Counted from the first letter of the stretch, positions 9,883-22,714 are shown. The stretch: DNA of 64,000 nucleotides from an uncultured Acidobacteriota bacterium (GCA_963711795.1 CAVQFD010000005.1:713695-777694); one strand, 5' to 3'. Notes: generated by a model not told the origin, from the letters alone. Numbers and translations: made by a program.

Positions 9883-10920
9883 TCAGTAAACACCAACCGT
9901 CGTGGCCTGGGCGACCCCTCTGAACGGCTTGACGCCGCTGATGCCGTCCCACGGGTACTGCTCGCACGGCGGCTCGCGCTCGCCCTCGTCGCGCTCGAGG
10001 AAGCCCGGCACGAAGAACTCACGGGTGAGCGTCGTGAGCTTGACGCGCCCGGACTCGCCGTAGTTGACGATGCGCGTGGGATCGTCGAAGTCCACGACTT
10101 CGATGACCGCCCGCGGCTGCGGTGCGTGGTAGGCAATCTTGTAGTTGTTATGAGGTCCGGTGGGCGCGCTTGCCGCCAGGCCCATCAGCGTGTTGCCGTA
10201 AGTCGGCGTCATGTACGCGCCATCGAGCAGTTCTTCGTGGGCGAACCGGTTCCACTGGGGTGTGAATTCGGTTCCGCCGGAGAAGATGCCCGTGATGCCG
10301 GCCTTGCGGATCGTCGTGCCCAGCGCCTCGAGACGGTTCGCAAACGACTCGAGCAGCTTCGGCGTCGTAAACATGCACTTGATGTCGTGTCCGGCCTCCA
10401 GAATCGTGACCGCCTGGTCGATCACGTGGGCCTTGTACGCTTCGAGGTGCTCGCCCCAGCCTTTCTTGATCAGCTTGATGACCCACCTCGGATCGAGGTC
10501 GACACAAAAGCAGATCCCGCCGCGGTACTGCGCGAGGTGCTCAACCGACAGCCGAAGGCGCCGGGGGCCCGAGGGGCCGAGCATCAGCCAGTTGGCGCCC
10601 TTCGGGAAGTACTGCTCGGGCAGCGTGTCGCTGAAGATTTCGTAGTCGGTCCGGAAGTCCTCGATGGCGACGCGTGACTTCGGTATGCCCGTCGTGCCGC
10701 CTGTCTCGAACACGTAGACGGGCTTGCCTGCGAAGCCCTTGGGCACCCAGCGCTGGACCGGGCCGCCCCTGAGCCATTCGTCTTCGAAAGGCGGGAAGCG
10801 CGAGAGATCGCCGAAGGTCTTGATCTCCTTGCGCGGATCCCAACCAAGTTTTTTCGCGTAGTCCAGCCAGAACGGGCAACCGGTCGCCGGGTCGAAGTGC
10901 CAGCCGACGATTTCGCGCAC
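9883..10920 (-). CDS. Adenylate-forming enzyme of the PaaK / F390-synthetase / LuxE-like type (345 aa)
   Basis: MREIVGWHFDPATGCPFWLDYAKKLGW...VYVFETGGTTGIPKSRV carries a P-loop-like SGTTG-type motif. GTG start at 10920. Confidence 0.65.
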   Translation of the reverse strand: MREIVGWHFDPATGCPFWLDYAKKLGWDPRKEIKTFGDLSRFPPFEDEWLRGGPVQRWVPKGFAGKPVYVFETGGTTGIPKSRVAIEDFRTDYEIFSDTLPEQYFPKGANWLMLGPSGPRRLRLSVEHLAQYRGGICFCVDLDPRWVIKLIKKGWGEHLEAYKAHVIDQAVTILEAGHDIKCMFTTPKLLESFANRLEALGTTIRKAGITGIFSGGTEFTPQWNRFAHEELLDGAYMTPTYGNTLMGLAASAPTGPHNNYKIAYHAPQPRAVIEVVDFDDPTRIVNYGESGRVKLTTLTREFFVPGFLERDEGEREPPCEQYPWDGISGVKPFRGVAQATTVGVY

Positions 10921-10978
10921 CTGCGCGTCGAGGTGATCCTTTGCAGACGGCCGCGGCCGCCGGGTCGGTCGAGGGGGT

Positions 10979-11218
10979 ATGGGAAGCCTGCATGATGGCG
11001 CGAGTATACTGCGGGCCGTGCACCCTCTGGCAACGGCCGCCCTCGTCGCCCTGCTCTATGTCCTGCACCAGGACATCTGGTTCTGGCGCGATGCACGTCC
11101 GCTGGTCTTTGGCTTCCTGCCGATCGGCCTGGCGTATCACGCGGCCTTCACTCTGTCGATCTCGCTGCTCATGGCGCTGCTCGTCGCGCGTGCCTGGCCG
11201 GATCATCTCGACGAATGA
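10979..11218 (+). CDS. Small membrane protein, DUF3311-like partner of the sodium:solute symporter
   Basis: Two TM helices ([16 protein letters not shown]...[25 protein letters not shown]). Its stop overlaps the symporter ATG (ATGA at 11215-11218). The true start may be GTG 11018. Confidence 0.6.
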   Translation: MGSLHDGASILRAVHPLATAALVALLYVLHQDIWFWRDARPLVFGFLPIGLAYHAAFTLSISLLMALLVARAWPDHLDE

Positions 11219-12883
11219 TTCCAGCCGCCGTCGTCTTTGCCTATCTCGCCGTCTCCCTGTACATCGGGATCTTCGCGTTCCGATCCTCGCGGGCGCGCGG
11301 GAACGCGGAAGACTACTTCCTGGCCGGACGATCGCTCGGTCCCGTGGTGTTCCTCATGTCGCTCTTCGGGGCGAACATGACGGCGTTCTCGATCCTCGGG
11401 GCCTCGGGCCACGCGTTCGCCAACGGCATCGTGACGTTCGGCCTCATGGCCTCGTCGTCCGCGCTCGTCATCCCGGTCTGTCTCTATACGATCGGCACGC
11501 GCCTGTGGGCGCTGGGGCGGCGCAACGGGTTCATGACGCCGGTGCAGATGTTCCGCGACCGCTGGGAGTGCGGCCACATCGGCACGGTGATTTTTGCGGT
11601 CCAGGCCGTGCTGCTCGTGCCCTACATCATCATCGCGGTGATGGGCGGGGGCACGACGCTCGTCGCGGTCAGCGGCGGCCGCGTGCCGTTCTGGCTCGGC
11701 GGCCTCATCGTCTCGCTCGTGGTGATGGGCTACGTGTCGTTCGGCGGCATGCGGGGAACGGCCTGGGTCAACACGATGCAGACGACGCTGTTCCTGCTGT
11801 TCGGGGCCATCGCGGTCAGCGTGATCGCGTCCGGCATGGGCGGGTTCGGGCCGGCCGTGCAGTCGCTCCTCGACGCGCCCTCGACCGCTCCGCTCCTGAC
11901 GCGCGAGCGCGTGTCGCCCTGGTATTTCTTCAGCTACACCTTCATTCCGCTCTCGTCGATCGCCTTTCCGCACATCGGCATCTTCTGCCTGACGGCGAAG
12001 AAGCTCTCGCATTTCAAGAAGACCGTGATCCTGTATCCCATCTGCATGATTGCGATCTGGCTGCCGTCGGTGTTCCTGGGCGTGGTCTCGAACGCTGCCC
12101 ACGATGTGCCGGCGATCGAGGCCAAGCTCGAGGCTCGGGCGACGCTCGCGGCATCGGCCACCGGGGGGCCCGCGTTGACGCCCGGCGAGCGCGACCAGCT
12201 GCGGGTCCGTTCGGCCGGAGACGATGTGATCCTGCGGCTGGTCGAGGGCTACGCGCCGCTGTGGCTTGCGTCGCTGCTCGGCGCGTGCGTGATGGCGGCG
12301 GTCATGGCGAGCGACTCGCAGATCCTGGCGCTGTCGACGATGTTCACCGAGGACGTGTTTGCGTTTTATGGGGGACGCAGCCGTTTTGGCGAAGCGGTGC
12401 AGGTCTACACGGGCCGCGTGTTCATCGTTCTCATCACGGCCGTGGCCTATCTCATCGCGCTCAATGTGCCCCAGTCGATCTTCGACGTGGCGACGCAGTA
12501 TGCCTTCGCCGGCTATTCGTCGCTGGCCCCGCTGCTTGTGGCGGCGCTGTTCTGGAAGGGCAGCACCAGGTGGGGCGCGCTGGCCACCACCCTCTGGACG
12601 GCGTTGGCCGTAGGCGATGGTGGCCTGGGTGCAGCAGACGATTCCCCCGCCTCCACCCGGAGTGCTCGTGCCGGTCTGGTCGCCCTTTGGCGCCGAAGTC
12701 GTCGTCCGCGCCGTCCAGGGCACGCTGGTGTTCGGCATGCTTCCCGTCGTGCCCATGACACTGGTTTCGGGAATGCTCATGGTCGTAGTCTCGATGCTGA
12801 CACCCGCCGCACGGCCGTCGCCCGCAACCCTGGGCCGATACTCGTTCGACAAGGGTATACTCCCGGCCGTCACCAAGAATTAG
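11215..12883 (+). CDS. Sodium:solute symporter (SSS) family transporter; one frameshift near 12609-12616
   Basis: [25 protein letters not shown]...[11 protein letters not shown] is a typical SSS N-terminus. The C-terminus continues in ORF 12617..12883 ([21 protein letters not shown]...). Confidence 0.85.
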
Positions 12884-12927
12884 CAATCGATTGCAATCAG
12901 CACCATCAGCATTTCGAGTGTTCTTAT

Positions 12928-14275
<1,348 letters not shown>

Positions 14276-14288
14276 CCTGCTCGGGGCG

Positions 14289-14378
14289 GTTCAAGGTTCA
14301 AAGTTCAGGGTTCAATGTGCGGGTTCTCAGTTCTGGGTTACCTGAACTTTGAACCTTGAACTCTGAACCTTGAACCGT
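14289..14378. repeat. Word-repeat hairpin (GTTCAAGG / CCTTGAAC words) between convergent MFS and Lrp genes
   Basis: gttcaaggttcaaagttcagggttcaat ... ctgaactttgaaccttgaactctgaaccttgaacc. Confidence 0.7.
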
Positions 14379-14383
14379 GACGT

Positions 14384-14877
14384 TCAGGCATTCTTGACGC
14401 TTTTCGTCACCGTCTCCAACGGTAACACCGTCGAGTACTTCACCTGCTTCAGCGCGAAGCTGGACTTGATGCCGGCCACGCCCTCCAGCCTCGTGAGCAC
14501 GTCCTTCAGAAAGCGCTCGTAAGCCGCGACGTCAGGCACGACCACGCGGACCAGGTAGTCCGCGTCGCCGGTCATGAGGTAACACTCGAGCACCTCGGGG
14601 CGCTTGAGGATCGCACGCTCGAAGAGATCGAGGCGGTTCTCCACCTGCAGATCGAGCGAGATCTGGACGAACACCGTGACGCCCATGCTGACGGCCGCCG
14701 GGTCGAGCAGCGTGACGTACTTCCGAATGACGCCGTCCTCTTCGAGGCCCCGCACCCCCGAAGGCAGGGCGCCGCGGACAGCCCGACCTTGTCGGCCAGG
14801 TCCACATTCGAAATCCGCGCGTTCTCCTGGAGCTGCTTGAGGATCTTCCGGTCGATCTCGTCGAAGTCAGAGAGCAT
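14384..14877 (-). CDS. Lrp/AsnC family transcriptional regulator; one frameshift near 14757
   Basis: The HTH part [40 protein letters not shown] (ORF 14572..14877) joins [18 protein letters not shown]...[17 protein letters not shown] (ORF 14384..14755). Confidence 0.85.
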
Positions 14878-14907
14878 GTGAGCTGCGCTCCAGAACTGGG
14901 CGGATGT

Positions 14908-14922
14908 CGCAATGATATTGCG
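14908..14922. promoter_or_regulatory. Inverted repeat CGCAAT-gat-ATTGCG in the Lrp/E1 divergent spacer; candidate operator
   Basis: A 6-bp-arm palindrome was read directly. Its function is inferred only from position. Confidence 0.25.
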
Positions 14923-14957
14923 CCATAGACTACCACAACAGCTCGAATAGCAACGTC

Positions 14958-17375
14958 ATGGTGCACTCCGTGAGCTACGATCCAGCGTGGCCCCGGCAGC
15001 TCGCGATCCCCGTTCTCGAATCCGCCGATCCCCCGATCCCCGATCCCCGATCCCCGTTCACTGATCGGATCCGCTGTCTGCGGGCGCTCGAGCGAAGGTC
15101 CTCTGGCTGGCCGTCTGGATGATCCACCACGCGAACCACCTGCGGCCGAAGCGCGACGGCCTGAAGGTCGGCGGGCACCAGGCCTCGTCGGCGTCGGTGG
15201 CGACGCTGATGACGGCGCTGTACTTCGATGTGCTGCGGCCCGCCGATCGCGTCGCCGTCAAGCCGCACGCGAGCCCCATCTACCACGCGATCCAGTACCT
15301 GCTCGGCCGGCAGTCGCGTGAGCAAGCTGGAACGGTTCCGCGCCCTCGGCGGCGCGCAGGCCTATCCCTCCCGCACCAAAGACGCCGACGATGTGGATTT
15401 TTCGACCGGATCGGTGGGCCTGGGTGTGGCGATGACGAGCTTCGCGGCGCTCGTTCAGCGACTACCTCCGGATCGAAGAACCTCGTTGGCGGAGCCCGAG
15501 CGCGCTCGGGGCGGATGGTTGCCCTCGCCGGCGACGCGGAGTTCGACGAAGGCAATGTCTTCGAGGCGATGCTCGAAGCGTGGAAGCACGACGTCCGGAA
15601 TGTCTGGTGGATCATCGACTACAACCGCCAGAGCCTCGATGCGGTGGTCACCGACCGCCTGTTCCTTCGGCTCGACGGCATCTTCCGCGGCATGGACTGG
15701 CAGCGTCGTGACGCTGAAGTACGGCCGCGCTGCTCGAGGCAGGCGTTCGACCCGCCGCGGCGGCGACGCGCTGCGGCAGTGGATCGACGACTGCCCGAAC
15801 TCCTGGTACTCCGCGCTGGCGTACAAGGGAGGCGCGGCCTGGCGGCGAGCAGCTCCTGTCGCGACCTCGGCGACACGTCGGGCATCCGCGAGATGCTCGA
15901 CGAGCACGACGACCGTTCGCTGCAGCAGCTGATGACGAACCTCGGCGGCCACGATCTGGAGTCGCTCCTCGACGCCTTCCACGGCGCTCGAAAGCGATCG
16001 GCCCACCTGCTTCATCGCCTACACGATCAAGGGATTCGGCCTGCCGTTTGCGGGCCACAAGGACAACCACGCCGGCCTGATGACGCCCGAGCAGATCGAC
16101 GCGTTCAAGCGCGCGGATGGGCATCGCCGACGGCGAGGAGTGGGAGCCGTTTCGCCGGCCTCGACGTGCCGGCCGAGCGAGCTGCGCGCATTTGTCGAGT
16201 CGGTGCCGTTCGACGCAGCCGGCGGCGCGACGGCACGCGGCGCCGCAGCGTCGCCGTGCCCGAACGGCTTCGAGCCGCCGCGTCGAGCGAGACGCTGTCC
16301 ACGCAGGCAGGCTTCGGCCGCCTGCTCGCCGATATCGCGCGCGCGCACCCTGATGCTCGCCGATCGCATCGTCACGACGTCGCCGGATGTGACCGTCTCG
16401 ACCAACCTGGGTGGCTGGGTCAACCGGCGCGCGATCTTCGATCCGCACGACGCGTACCGACGCGTTCAAGGACGGAGGCGATCGCCTCGCCCCAGAGCTG
16501 GGCGATGTCGCCGCGCGGTCAGCACATCGAGCTCGGGATCGCCGAGAGCAACCTGTTCATCCTGCTCGCGGCGCTGGGCCTTTCCGGGCCGCTCTTCGGC
16601 ACGCGGCTCCTCCCGATCGGCACCGTGTACGATCCGTTCATCGCGCGCGGGCTCGACGCGCTCAACTACGCGTGCTACCAGGACGCGCGCTTCATCCTCG
16701 TCGGCACGCCGTCGGGCGTGGCGCTCGCCCCCGAAGGCGGGGCGCACCAGTCGATATACACGCCGCTCATCGGCATGGGGCAGCCGGGCCTCACCGCGTT
16801 CGAGCCGGCGTATGTCGACGAGCTCTGCGAGATCCTGCGCTGGAGTTTCGAGCACCTGCAGGACGAAGGACGGCGGCGCCGTGTACTTGCGGCTGTCGAC
16901 GCGGCCGGTCGATCAACCCGGACGGACGTTGACCGCCGCGATGCGAGCCGACATTCTCGCCGGCGGCTACTGGCTCGTGCCACCGGCCCCAGATGCCGAA
17001 CTCGCCATCGTCGCCTGCGGTCCCGTTGTCGCCGAAGCGCGCGAGGCGCACGCACAGCTCGCGGAAGATCTGCCGGGCACCGGCCTCCTCGTGGTGACAT
17101 CACCCGACCTGCTCGAGCGCGGGTGGCGAGCTGGAAAGCCGTCGCACATCGATCGGCTGCTGGGTGAACTGCCGGACGAAGCCGGACTCGTCACGGTCCT
17201 GGATGCCCACCCGGCCACCCTGTCGTGGCTCGCCGGCGTCCGCCGCCACCGCCTCGAGGCCCTCGGCGTGGACCGCTTCGGCCAGTCCGGCGACATACCG
17301 GACGTCTACCGCCTCCACCGCATCGATGCAGATGCGATTCTTGGGGCGGTTGCAAGGCTGATCTCTGAACCTTGA
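14958..17375 (+). pseudogene. Thiamine-diphosphate 2-oxoacid dehydrogenase E1 / transketolase-family protein (AceE-like); many frame disruptions and an uncertain start
   Basis: Fragments occur in three frames: LWLAVWMIHHANHLRPKRDGLKVGGHQASSASVATLMTALYF; YPSRTKDADDVDFSTGSVGLGVAMT; ALAGDAEFDEGNVFEAMLEAWKHDVRNVWWIIDYNRQSLD; FIAYTIKGFGLPFAGHKDNHAGLMTPEQIDAFK; SPDLLERGW...LGVDRFGQSGDIPDVY. Confidence 0.7.
15027..15056 (+). repeat. Heptamer tandem repeat (GATCCCC)x4
   Basis: gatcccccgatccccgatccccgatccccg lies at the 5' end or leader of the E1 gene. Confidence 0.7.
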
Positions 17376-17386
17376 ACTTTGAACCG
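17363..17386. repeat. GAACCTTGAAC word repeat overlapping the E1 stop codon
   Basis: Sequence is ctctgaaccttgaactttgaacc. Confidence 0.5.
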
Positions 17387-17396
17387 TCCTTACCGC

Positions 17397-18245
17397 CTAC
17401 TGCGTTGCGTACTTGTCCGCCATCGCCTGCGCGAGCGGCAGGCTGACGGGGCAGGAGGGGTCGTCGACGCGGCACTTCGCGACCGTCAGGCCGCAGCCGC
17501 AGGTGCAGGATTCCTTGTTGAGGGCGCGCAGCACATCAGGGCGGCGCTCGGAAGACACCTTCTCGAGGTTCACGCCAGGGACGCTCTTGATCTCCGCGAT
17601 GCGCTCGTCGCTCAGGCTGTTGGAGTCGTCGACGTGCTCGACCTTCGCGTCGGTCTCGAGGCCCGACAGCACGCGCGCGAGCGCCTCGGTCTGTTCGGCG
17701 TGCAGGAGGCCGACGTGCTTCTGCACCATCTTCCCCTGCCGATCGAGCGCAAACGTCGTCGGTAGCGCGACGACACCTGGGAACAGCGCCTGGAGCTCGG
17801 GCGTGGACATCACGAGCGGGTAGTTGATTTGCTTGTCGGCGGCGAACTTCCTGACGAGCGCCTCGCCGTTTTCGTCCTCCGACACGCCCACGATCACCAG
17901 CTGCTCGGGGTACTTGGCCTGGAGCTTCACCAGGTCGGGAATCTCCACGACGCAGGGACCGCACCAGGTCGCCCAGAAGTTGATGAGGACGACTTTCCCT
18001 TTCAGGCTGTCGGAGGTGATGGTCTTTCCGTCGATGTCGGTCATCGAAAACGCCGGCACGTCCACGGGCGTTCTCAGCAGCTCGACGACCAGCGGACCGT
18101 GGCCGTGCCCATCGTCGCCAGCCTCAACGTCAGCCGAGCCGGTGGCGGGATCCTGGCCCCGCAGAAACATGACGGCGAGCACCCCGGCCAGCGCGATGGT
18201 CAGCACGCCGATTCCGGCCAGAACCGCCTTTCGTTCGTTCCCCAC
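17397..18245 (-). CDS. TlpA/ResA-family thiol:disulfide oxidoreductase, membrane-anchored, with a C-terminal Cys-rich domain
   Basis: N-terminal TM helix. The motif is FWATWCGPCVVEIP. The C-terminus is CTCGCGLTVAKCRVDDPSCP. Confidence 0.85.
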   Translation of the reverse strand: MGNERKAVLAGIGVLTIALAGVLAVMFLRGQDPATGSADVEAGDDGHGHGPLVVELLRTPVDVPAFSMTDIDGKTITSDSLKGKVVLINFWATWCGPCVVEIPDLVKLQAKYPEQLVIVGVSEDENGEALVRKFAADKQINYPLVMSTPELQALFPGVVALPTTFALDRQGKMVQKHVGLLHAEQTEALARVLSGLETDAKVEHVDDSNSLSDERIAEIKSVPGVNLEKVSSERRPDVLRALNKESCTCGCGLTVAKCRVDDPSCPVSLPLAQAMADKYATQ

Positions 18246-18268
18246 GCCTCCAATCGTAACAGGTTAGA

Positions 18269-18760
18269 ATGCCGCCCATCATGCGCACACTGTTCAGCAG
18301 GCGGATGACCGGGGCCGGGGTCCTGGCCGCTGCCCTGGTCGTGGGGCTCACCCCGGCGACGCTCGTTGGCCAGGCCCGAACTTACCAGACACGCCTTTCG
18401 CCGGTTCCCATTGACACTGCGATGATGGCCACGATCGCTGGGTCCGGCCAGGTCACGGCGACCCTGACTGGCACAAAGCTGAGCATCTCTGGCACGTTCG
18501 AAGGCCTGAAGTCGCCCGCAACCGTCGCCCGCTTGCATCGCGCCCAGAAGGGCGTGCGCGGCCCGGCGGTTTTCGACCTCGTTGTCGCGAACACGCCCGC
18601 AGCATCGTCGATGGCGGGAACCCTGAGCGCGACGCTCGACCTCACACCCACGCAGGTGGACGACCTCGGGCGCGAGCGCTTCTACGTGCAGGTTCACAGC
18701 GAGAAAGCGCCGGAGGGCAACCTCTGGGGCTGGCTCCAGCTTCAGGAGAGCAAACGATGA
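18269..18760 (+). CDS. CHRD domain-containing secreted protein
   Basis: Signal peptide, then [18 protein letters not shown]...ARLHRA...[19 protein letters not shown]. Its stop overlaps the next ATG (ATGA at 18757). Confidence 0.65.
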   Translation: MPPIMRTLFSRRMTGAGVLAAALVVGLTPATLVGQARTYQTRLSPVPIDTAMMATIAGSGQVTATLTGTKLSISGTFEGLKSPATVARLHRAQKGVRGPAVFDLVVANTPAASSMAGTLSATLDLTPTQVDDLGRERFYVQVHSEKAPEGNLWGWLQLQESKR

Positions 18761-20952
18761 ACCCGGTGAAATCCGCGCGGCGCATTGCCGCGGCAGCCCT
18801 GTCGGGCGCCGCCGCCATGGTCTACGTTGCTGCGGGCCAGCAACCGGCAGCAGGGGTCTTCACGGCGGAACAGGCCGCCGCGGGGCGCACCACCTACACA
18901 GAGCGCTGCGCGAGCTGCCATGTCGCGGATCTCCGCGGTCGCAACGAAGCCCCGGAGCTGGCCGGTCCGAACTTCCTGAACACCTGGCGCACGCGAACCA
19001 CGCGCGATCTCACCGACCTCATTCAGACCACGATGCCGCCCGGTGGCGCGAATCTCACAGCCGATCAAGCCACGGGGCTGGCCGCGTACATCCTCGAGTC
19101 CAACGGCGCCGTGCCGGGTCCGCAGGCGTTGACGACGACGGGTGCGGCGTCGATCGGCGCGATCGCGAGTGGACGTCCTGTGGCTGCTCCTGGAGCGCCC
19201 GCAGCTGGAGGCCAGGTCGCTGGCGGCCGCGGACAAGCGCCCGGAGGCCGCGGGCAGGGGCCAGGCGGTGGCCGCGGGCAGGCGCCCGCCCCCGCCCGGG
19301 GGCTGACGATCGCCGGTGAAGTGAAGAACTACGTGCCCGTCACCGACGAGATGCTGAAGAACCCGCCGCCGGGCGACTGGCTGATGGCCAGGCGCAACTA
19401 CCAGGCGTGGAGCTACAGCCCGCTGACCGAGGTGACGCGCGCGAACGTCAAGGATCTGCGCCTCGCCTGGGTCTGGAACATCACCGAGACCGGCGCGAAC
19501 CAGAACATGCCCATCGCGCACAACGGCGTGATCTACGTCGTGAACCCGGGCAACATCGTGCAGGCCCTGGACGGAGCCACCGGCACCATCATCTGGGAGA
19601 ACCAGGTGGGGCCGACCGAAGCGGTCGGGTTCGGCTCGATGCGGAACTTCGCCATCTACGACGACAAGATCATCATCGCGACGTCCGACGCCCGTCTCGT
19701 CGCGCTCAGCGCCCGAAACGGCGAGAAGATCTGGGACGTCACGATTGCGGATCGCGCGAAGGGCTACTCCAACACCAGCGGCCCCATCGTCGCGCGCGGC
19801 AGGGTGATTCAGGGGCTGCAGGGGTGCAGCCGCTTCCAGGAGGAGCGCTGCTTCATCAGCGCGTACGACGCGCGGACCGGTAAGCAGCTCTGGAAGTTCC
19901 ACACCGTGGCGCGCACCGGCGAGCCCGGCGGCGACACGTGGGGGATGCTCTCGGACGTGCTGCGCGCGGGCGGGGAGACGTGGATCGCGGGCAGCTACGA
20001 TCCCGATCTCGATCTCACCTATTGGGGCATCGCCCAGGCAAAACCGTGGATGCCGCAGAGCCGTGGCACGACCGCGTTCGACAAGGTGCTCTATACCGGA
20101 TCGACCGTGGCCCTCCGCGTGGAGGACGGTTCGCTCGCCTGGCACTACCAGCACGCGCCGGGCGAGTCGCTCGATCTCGACGAGGTCTACGAGCGGGTGC
20201 TCGTGGACGTCGGCGCTCAGAAGACCGTGTTCTCCGCGGGCAAGGCGGGCATCCTGTGGAAGCTCGATCGAACGAACGGCCGCTTCCTCGGACACAAGGA
20301 GATGGTCTACCAGAATGTGTTCGAGCGCATCGACCCGCAGACCGGTGTGCCCACGTACCGCGCGGACATCATCGAGCACCAAATCGATCAGTGGGTGCAG
20401 TCGTGCCCGAGCACCGAGGGCGGCCACAACTGGCAGGCGATGAGCTACAACCCCGGCGTCAACGCCGTGGTCGTTCCGCTGAGCCAGTCGTGCATGGAAA
20501 TGGCCGCGCGCAAGATCGAGCTGATTCCCGGTTCCGGCGGTACGAGCGCGGGCCGGCGCTTCTTCGAGATGCCCGGGAGCAACGGCAACGTGGGCAAGCT
20601 GGCGGCCTACGACGTCGTGTCGATGAAGGAGCTGTGGAGCCGCGAGCAGCGGGCCGCGTTCCTCACCGCAGTGCTCACCACGGGCGGCGGGATCGGCTTT
20701 GTCGGCGATCTCGACCGCACCTTCCGCGCGTTCGACGTGCGGACCGGCGAGACGCTGTGGGAATCCCGGCTGGGCACGTCGGTGCAGGGTTTCCCGATTT
20801 CATTTACCTCGGGCGGCAAGCAGTACGTCGCGGTGACGACGGGGCTCGGCGGCGGCAGCCCACGGCAGGTGCCGGCGACGATTTCGCCCGAGATCAAGTA
20901 TCCGCAGACGGGCAACGCCCTCTACGTGTTCGAGCTGCCGGATCGCCGCTAG
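18757..20952 (+). CDS. PQQ-dependent dehydrogenase (8-blade propeller) with an N-terminal cytochrome c domain
   Basis: Heme motif CASCH is followed by a Gly/Arg-rich linker [30 protein letters not shown]-propeller segments follow (YSPLTEV...[11 protein letters not shown]...). The 731-aa frame is intact. Confidence 0.85.
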   Translation: MNPVKSARRIAAAALSGAAAMVYVAAGQQPAAGVFTAEQAAAGRTTYTERCASCHVADLRGRNEAPELAGPNFLNTWRTRTTRDLTDLIQTTMPPGGANLTADQATGLAAYILESNGAVPGPQALTTTGAASIGAIASGRPVAAPGAPAAGGQVAGGRGQAPGGRGQGPGGGRGQAPAPARGLTIAGEVKNYVPVTDEMLKNPPPGDWLMARRNYQAWSYSPLTEVTRANVKDLRLAWVWNITETGANQNMPIAHNGVIYVVNPGNIVQALDGATGTIIWENQVGPTEAVGFGSMRNFAIYDDKIIIATSDARLVALSARNGEKIWDVTIADRAKGYSNTSGPIVARGRVIQGLQGCSRFQEERCFISAYDARTGKQLWKFHTVARTGEPGGDTWGMLSDVLRAGGETWIAGSYDPDLDLTYWGIAQAKPWMPQSRGTTAFDKVLYTGSTVALRVEDGSLAWHYQHAPGESLDLDEVYERVLVDVGAQKTVFSAGKAGILWKLDRTNGRFLGHKEMVYQNVFERIDPQTGVPTYRADIIEHQIDQWVQSCPSTEGGHNWQAMSYNPGVNAVVVPLSQSCMEMAARKIELIPGSGGTSAGRRFFEMPGSNGNVGKLAAYDVVSMKELWSREQRAAFLTAVLTTGGGIGFVGDLDRTFRAFDVRTGETLWESRLGTSVQGFPISFTSGGKQYVAVTTGLGGGSPRQVPATISPEIKYPQTGNALYVFELPDRR

Positions 20953-21231
20953 CTCCGGGAATGTAGGGGCACACGGCGGCTCCTACGTTCCTGTCGCCGG
21001 CGGCCGCGGGGTCGGTCCAGGGGGAATGTCGGCGTAACTCGTTGTGCGGTGAGGGCTGGAAAGGCCCCCGACGCAAAACCGCAGGCGACAAGTTCGTGGC
21101 TCGCCCCTTGCTCCTGCTGGAGGTGCACCCGATGCCTCCAGCTTCGTTCCCGACCCGAAGCGCGGGGACCGACCGACCGCGGTCCCCGCGTGGTGCCTGC
21201 TTCGCCGAGATTGGCCGTGCCCCTGTCGCAG

Positions 21232-22710
21232 ATGTCGCCGAAGTCGCCGCTCTCGTCGCCGTCGCCGTTCGGCGCGCTGTTTTCGAGCTATCAGCTCGAC
21301 GCCGCCTACGACGAGATGTTCGACCGTTCGGGCCAGGCGCGCCCGCATTGCCGGGCTCTGTACGAAGACCTGCTCGCCGCGTCGCTCGGTGACCTCCGGC
21401 AGCGACAGACCGAGGCCGACAAGGCGTTCCTCACCCAGGGCATCACGTTCACGGTCTACGGCGACAACCAGGGCACCGAGCGCATCTTCCCCTACGACAT
21501 CCTCCCGCGCATCGTCACGGCGGGGGAGTGGCGGACGCTCGAGCGCGGGCTGACGCAGCGGCTGACGGCCATCAACCTGTTCCTCAAGGACGTCTACCAC
21601 GAGGGACGCATCCTGGCCGAGGGCGTGGTGCCGAGGGAGCTGGTCCAGAGCTGCAAGCACTACCGTCGCGAAATGCGGGGTGTGCACGTCCACCGCGACA
21701 TTTATGTCTCGGTGGCCGGCACCGACCTGATCCGCATGGAGGACGGCCGCTTCGTCGTCCTCGAAGACAACCTGCGCGTGCCGAGCGGCGTGTCCTACAT
21801 GCTGGCGAACCGCGAGGTGATGAAGCGGACGTTCCCGGGTCTCTTCGATCGCTACAACGTGAGCCCGATTGCCCACTACGGACGCGCGCTGCTCTCAACA
21901 GTCCGGGCCCTGGCGCCGCCCAGCCGGGCCGAGGCCACCATCGTCGTCCTGACGCCAGGCGTCGCCAACTCCGCCTACTTCGAGCACGCGTTCCTCGCGC
22001 GCGAGATGGGTGTCGCGCTGGTCGAGGGCCGCGATCTGCTCGTGCACGACAACATCGTGTACATGCGCACGACGGCCGGCCTGCGCCGCGTCGATGTCAT
22101 CTACCGGAGGGTGGACGACGACTTCCTGGACCCGCTCGCCTTCCGCCCGGACTCGTATCTCGGCGTGGCCGGCCTGCTCAACGCCTACCGGGCGGGCAAC
22201 GTGTCGCTCGCGAATGCCATCGGCACCGGTCTCGCGGACGACAAGGCGATGTACGCGTACATCCCCGCGATCATCCGCTTCTACCTTTCCGAGGAGCCCA
22301 TCCTCCAGAACGTGGAGACGTACCTCTGCAGCGACCCTTCGCAGAGGACGTTCGTGCTCGAGCACCTCGACTCACTGGTCGTAAAGGCCGTGGGCGAGTC
22401 GGGCGGCTACGGCATGCTGATCGGGCCGCACAGCACGGCGCGTGAACGCGACGAGTTCCGCGACAAGATTCTGGCCGACCCGCGGAACTTCATCGCGCAG
22501 CCCACGATCTCGCTGTCGCGTGCCGCCTGCTTCGTGGACGACCGGGTCGAACCCAGGCACATCGATCTCAGGCCGTACGTGCTCTACGGCGAGCAGGTCA
22601 CGATCGTGCCGGGCGGGTTGACCCGCGTCGCGCTTCGAAAGGGGTCGCTGGTGGTGAACTCGTCGCAGGGTGGTGGCAGCAAGGACACCTGGGTCCTGCA
22701 GGACGACTGA
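21232..22710 (+). CDS. Circularly permuted type-2 ATP-grasp protein (COG2308-like)
   Basis: [31 protein letters not shown]...[25 protein letters not shown]...[19 protein letters not shown]...[17 protein letters not shown]. Confidence 0.85.
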   Translation: MSPKSPLSSPSPFGALFSSYQLDAAYDEMFDRSGQARPHCRALYEDLLAASLGDLRQRQTEADKAFLTQGITFTVYGDNQGTERIFPYDILPRIVTAGEWRTLERGLTQRLTAINLFLKDVYHEGRILAEGVVPRELVQSCKHYRREMRGVHVHRDIYVSVAGTDLIRMEDGRFVVLEDNLRVPSGVSYMLANREVMKRTFPGLFDRYNVSPIAHYGRALLSTVRALAPPSRAEATIVVLTPGVANSAYFEHAFLAREMGVALVEGRDLLVHDNIVYMRTTAGLRRVDVIYRRVDDDFLDPLAFRPDSYLGVAGLLNAYRAGNVSLANAIGTGLADDKAMYAYIPAIIRFYLSEEPILQNVETYLCSDPSQRTFVLEHLDSLVVKAVGESGGYGMLIGPHSTARERDEFRDKILADPRNFIAQPTISLSRAACFVDDRVEPRHIDLRPYVLYGEQVTIVPGGLTRVALRKGSLVVNSSQGGGSKDTWVLQDD

Positions 22711-22714
22711 CGCC

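Noticed and set aside
18742-20427. Long antisense ORFs. Examples are 753-1691, 1861-3288, 4668-6068, 11203-12876, 18742-20427, 20983-21876, 22598-24409, 29359-30282 and 31054-32427.
   Set aside because: These are shadow ORFs typical of high-GC DNA. Their products are Arg/Ala/Pro/Gly-rich nonsense, and each lies opposite a gene with clear family motifs.
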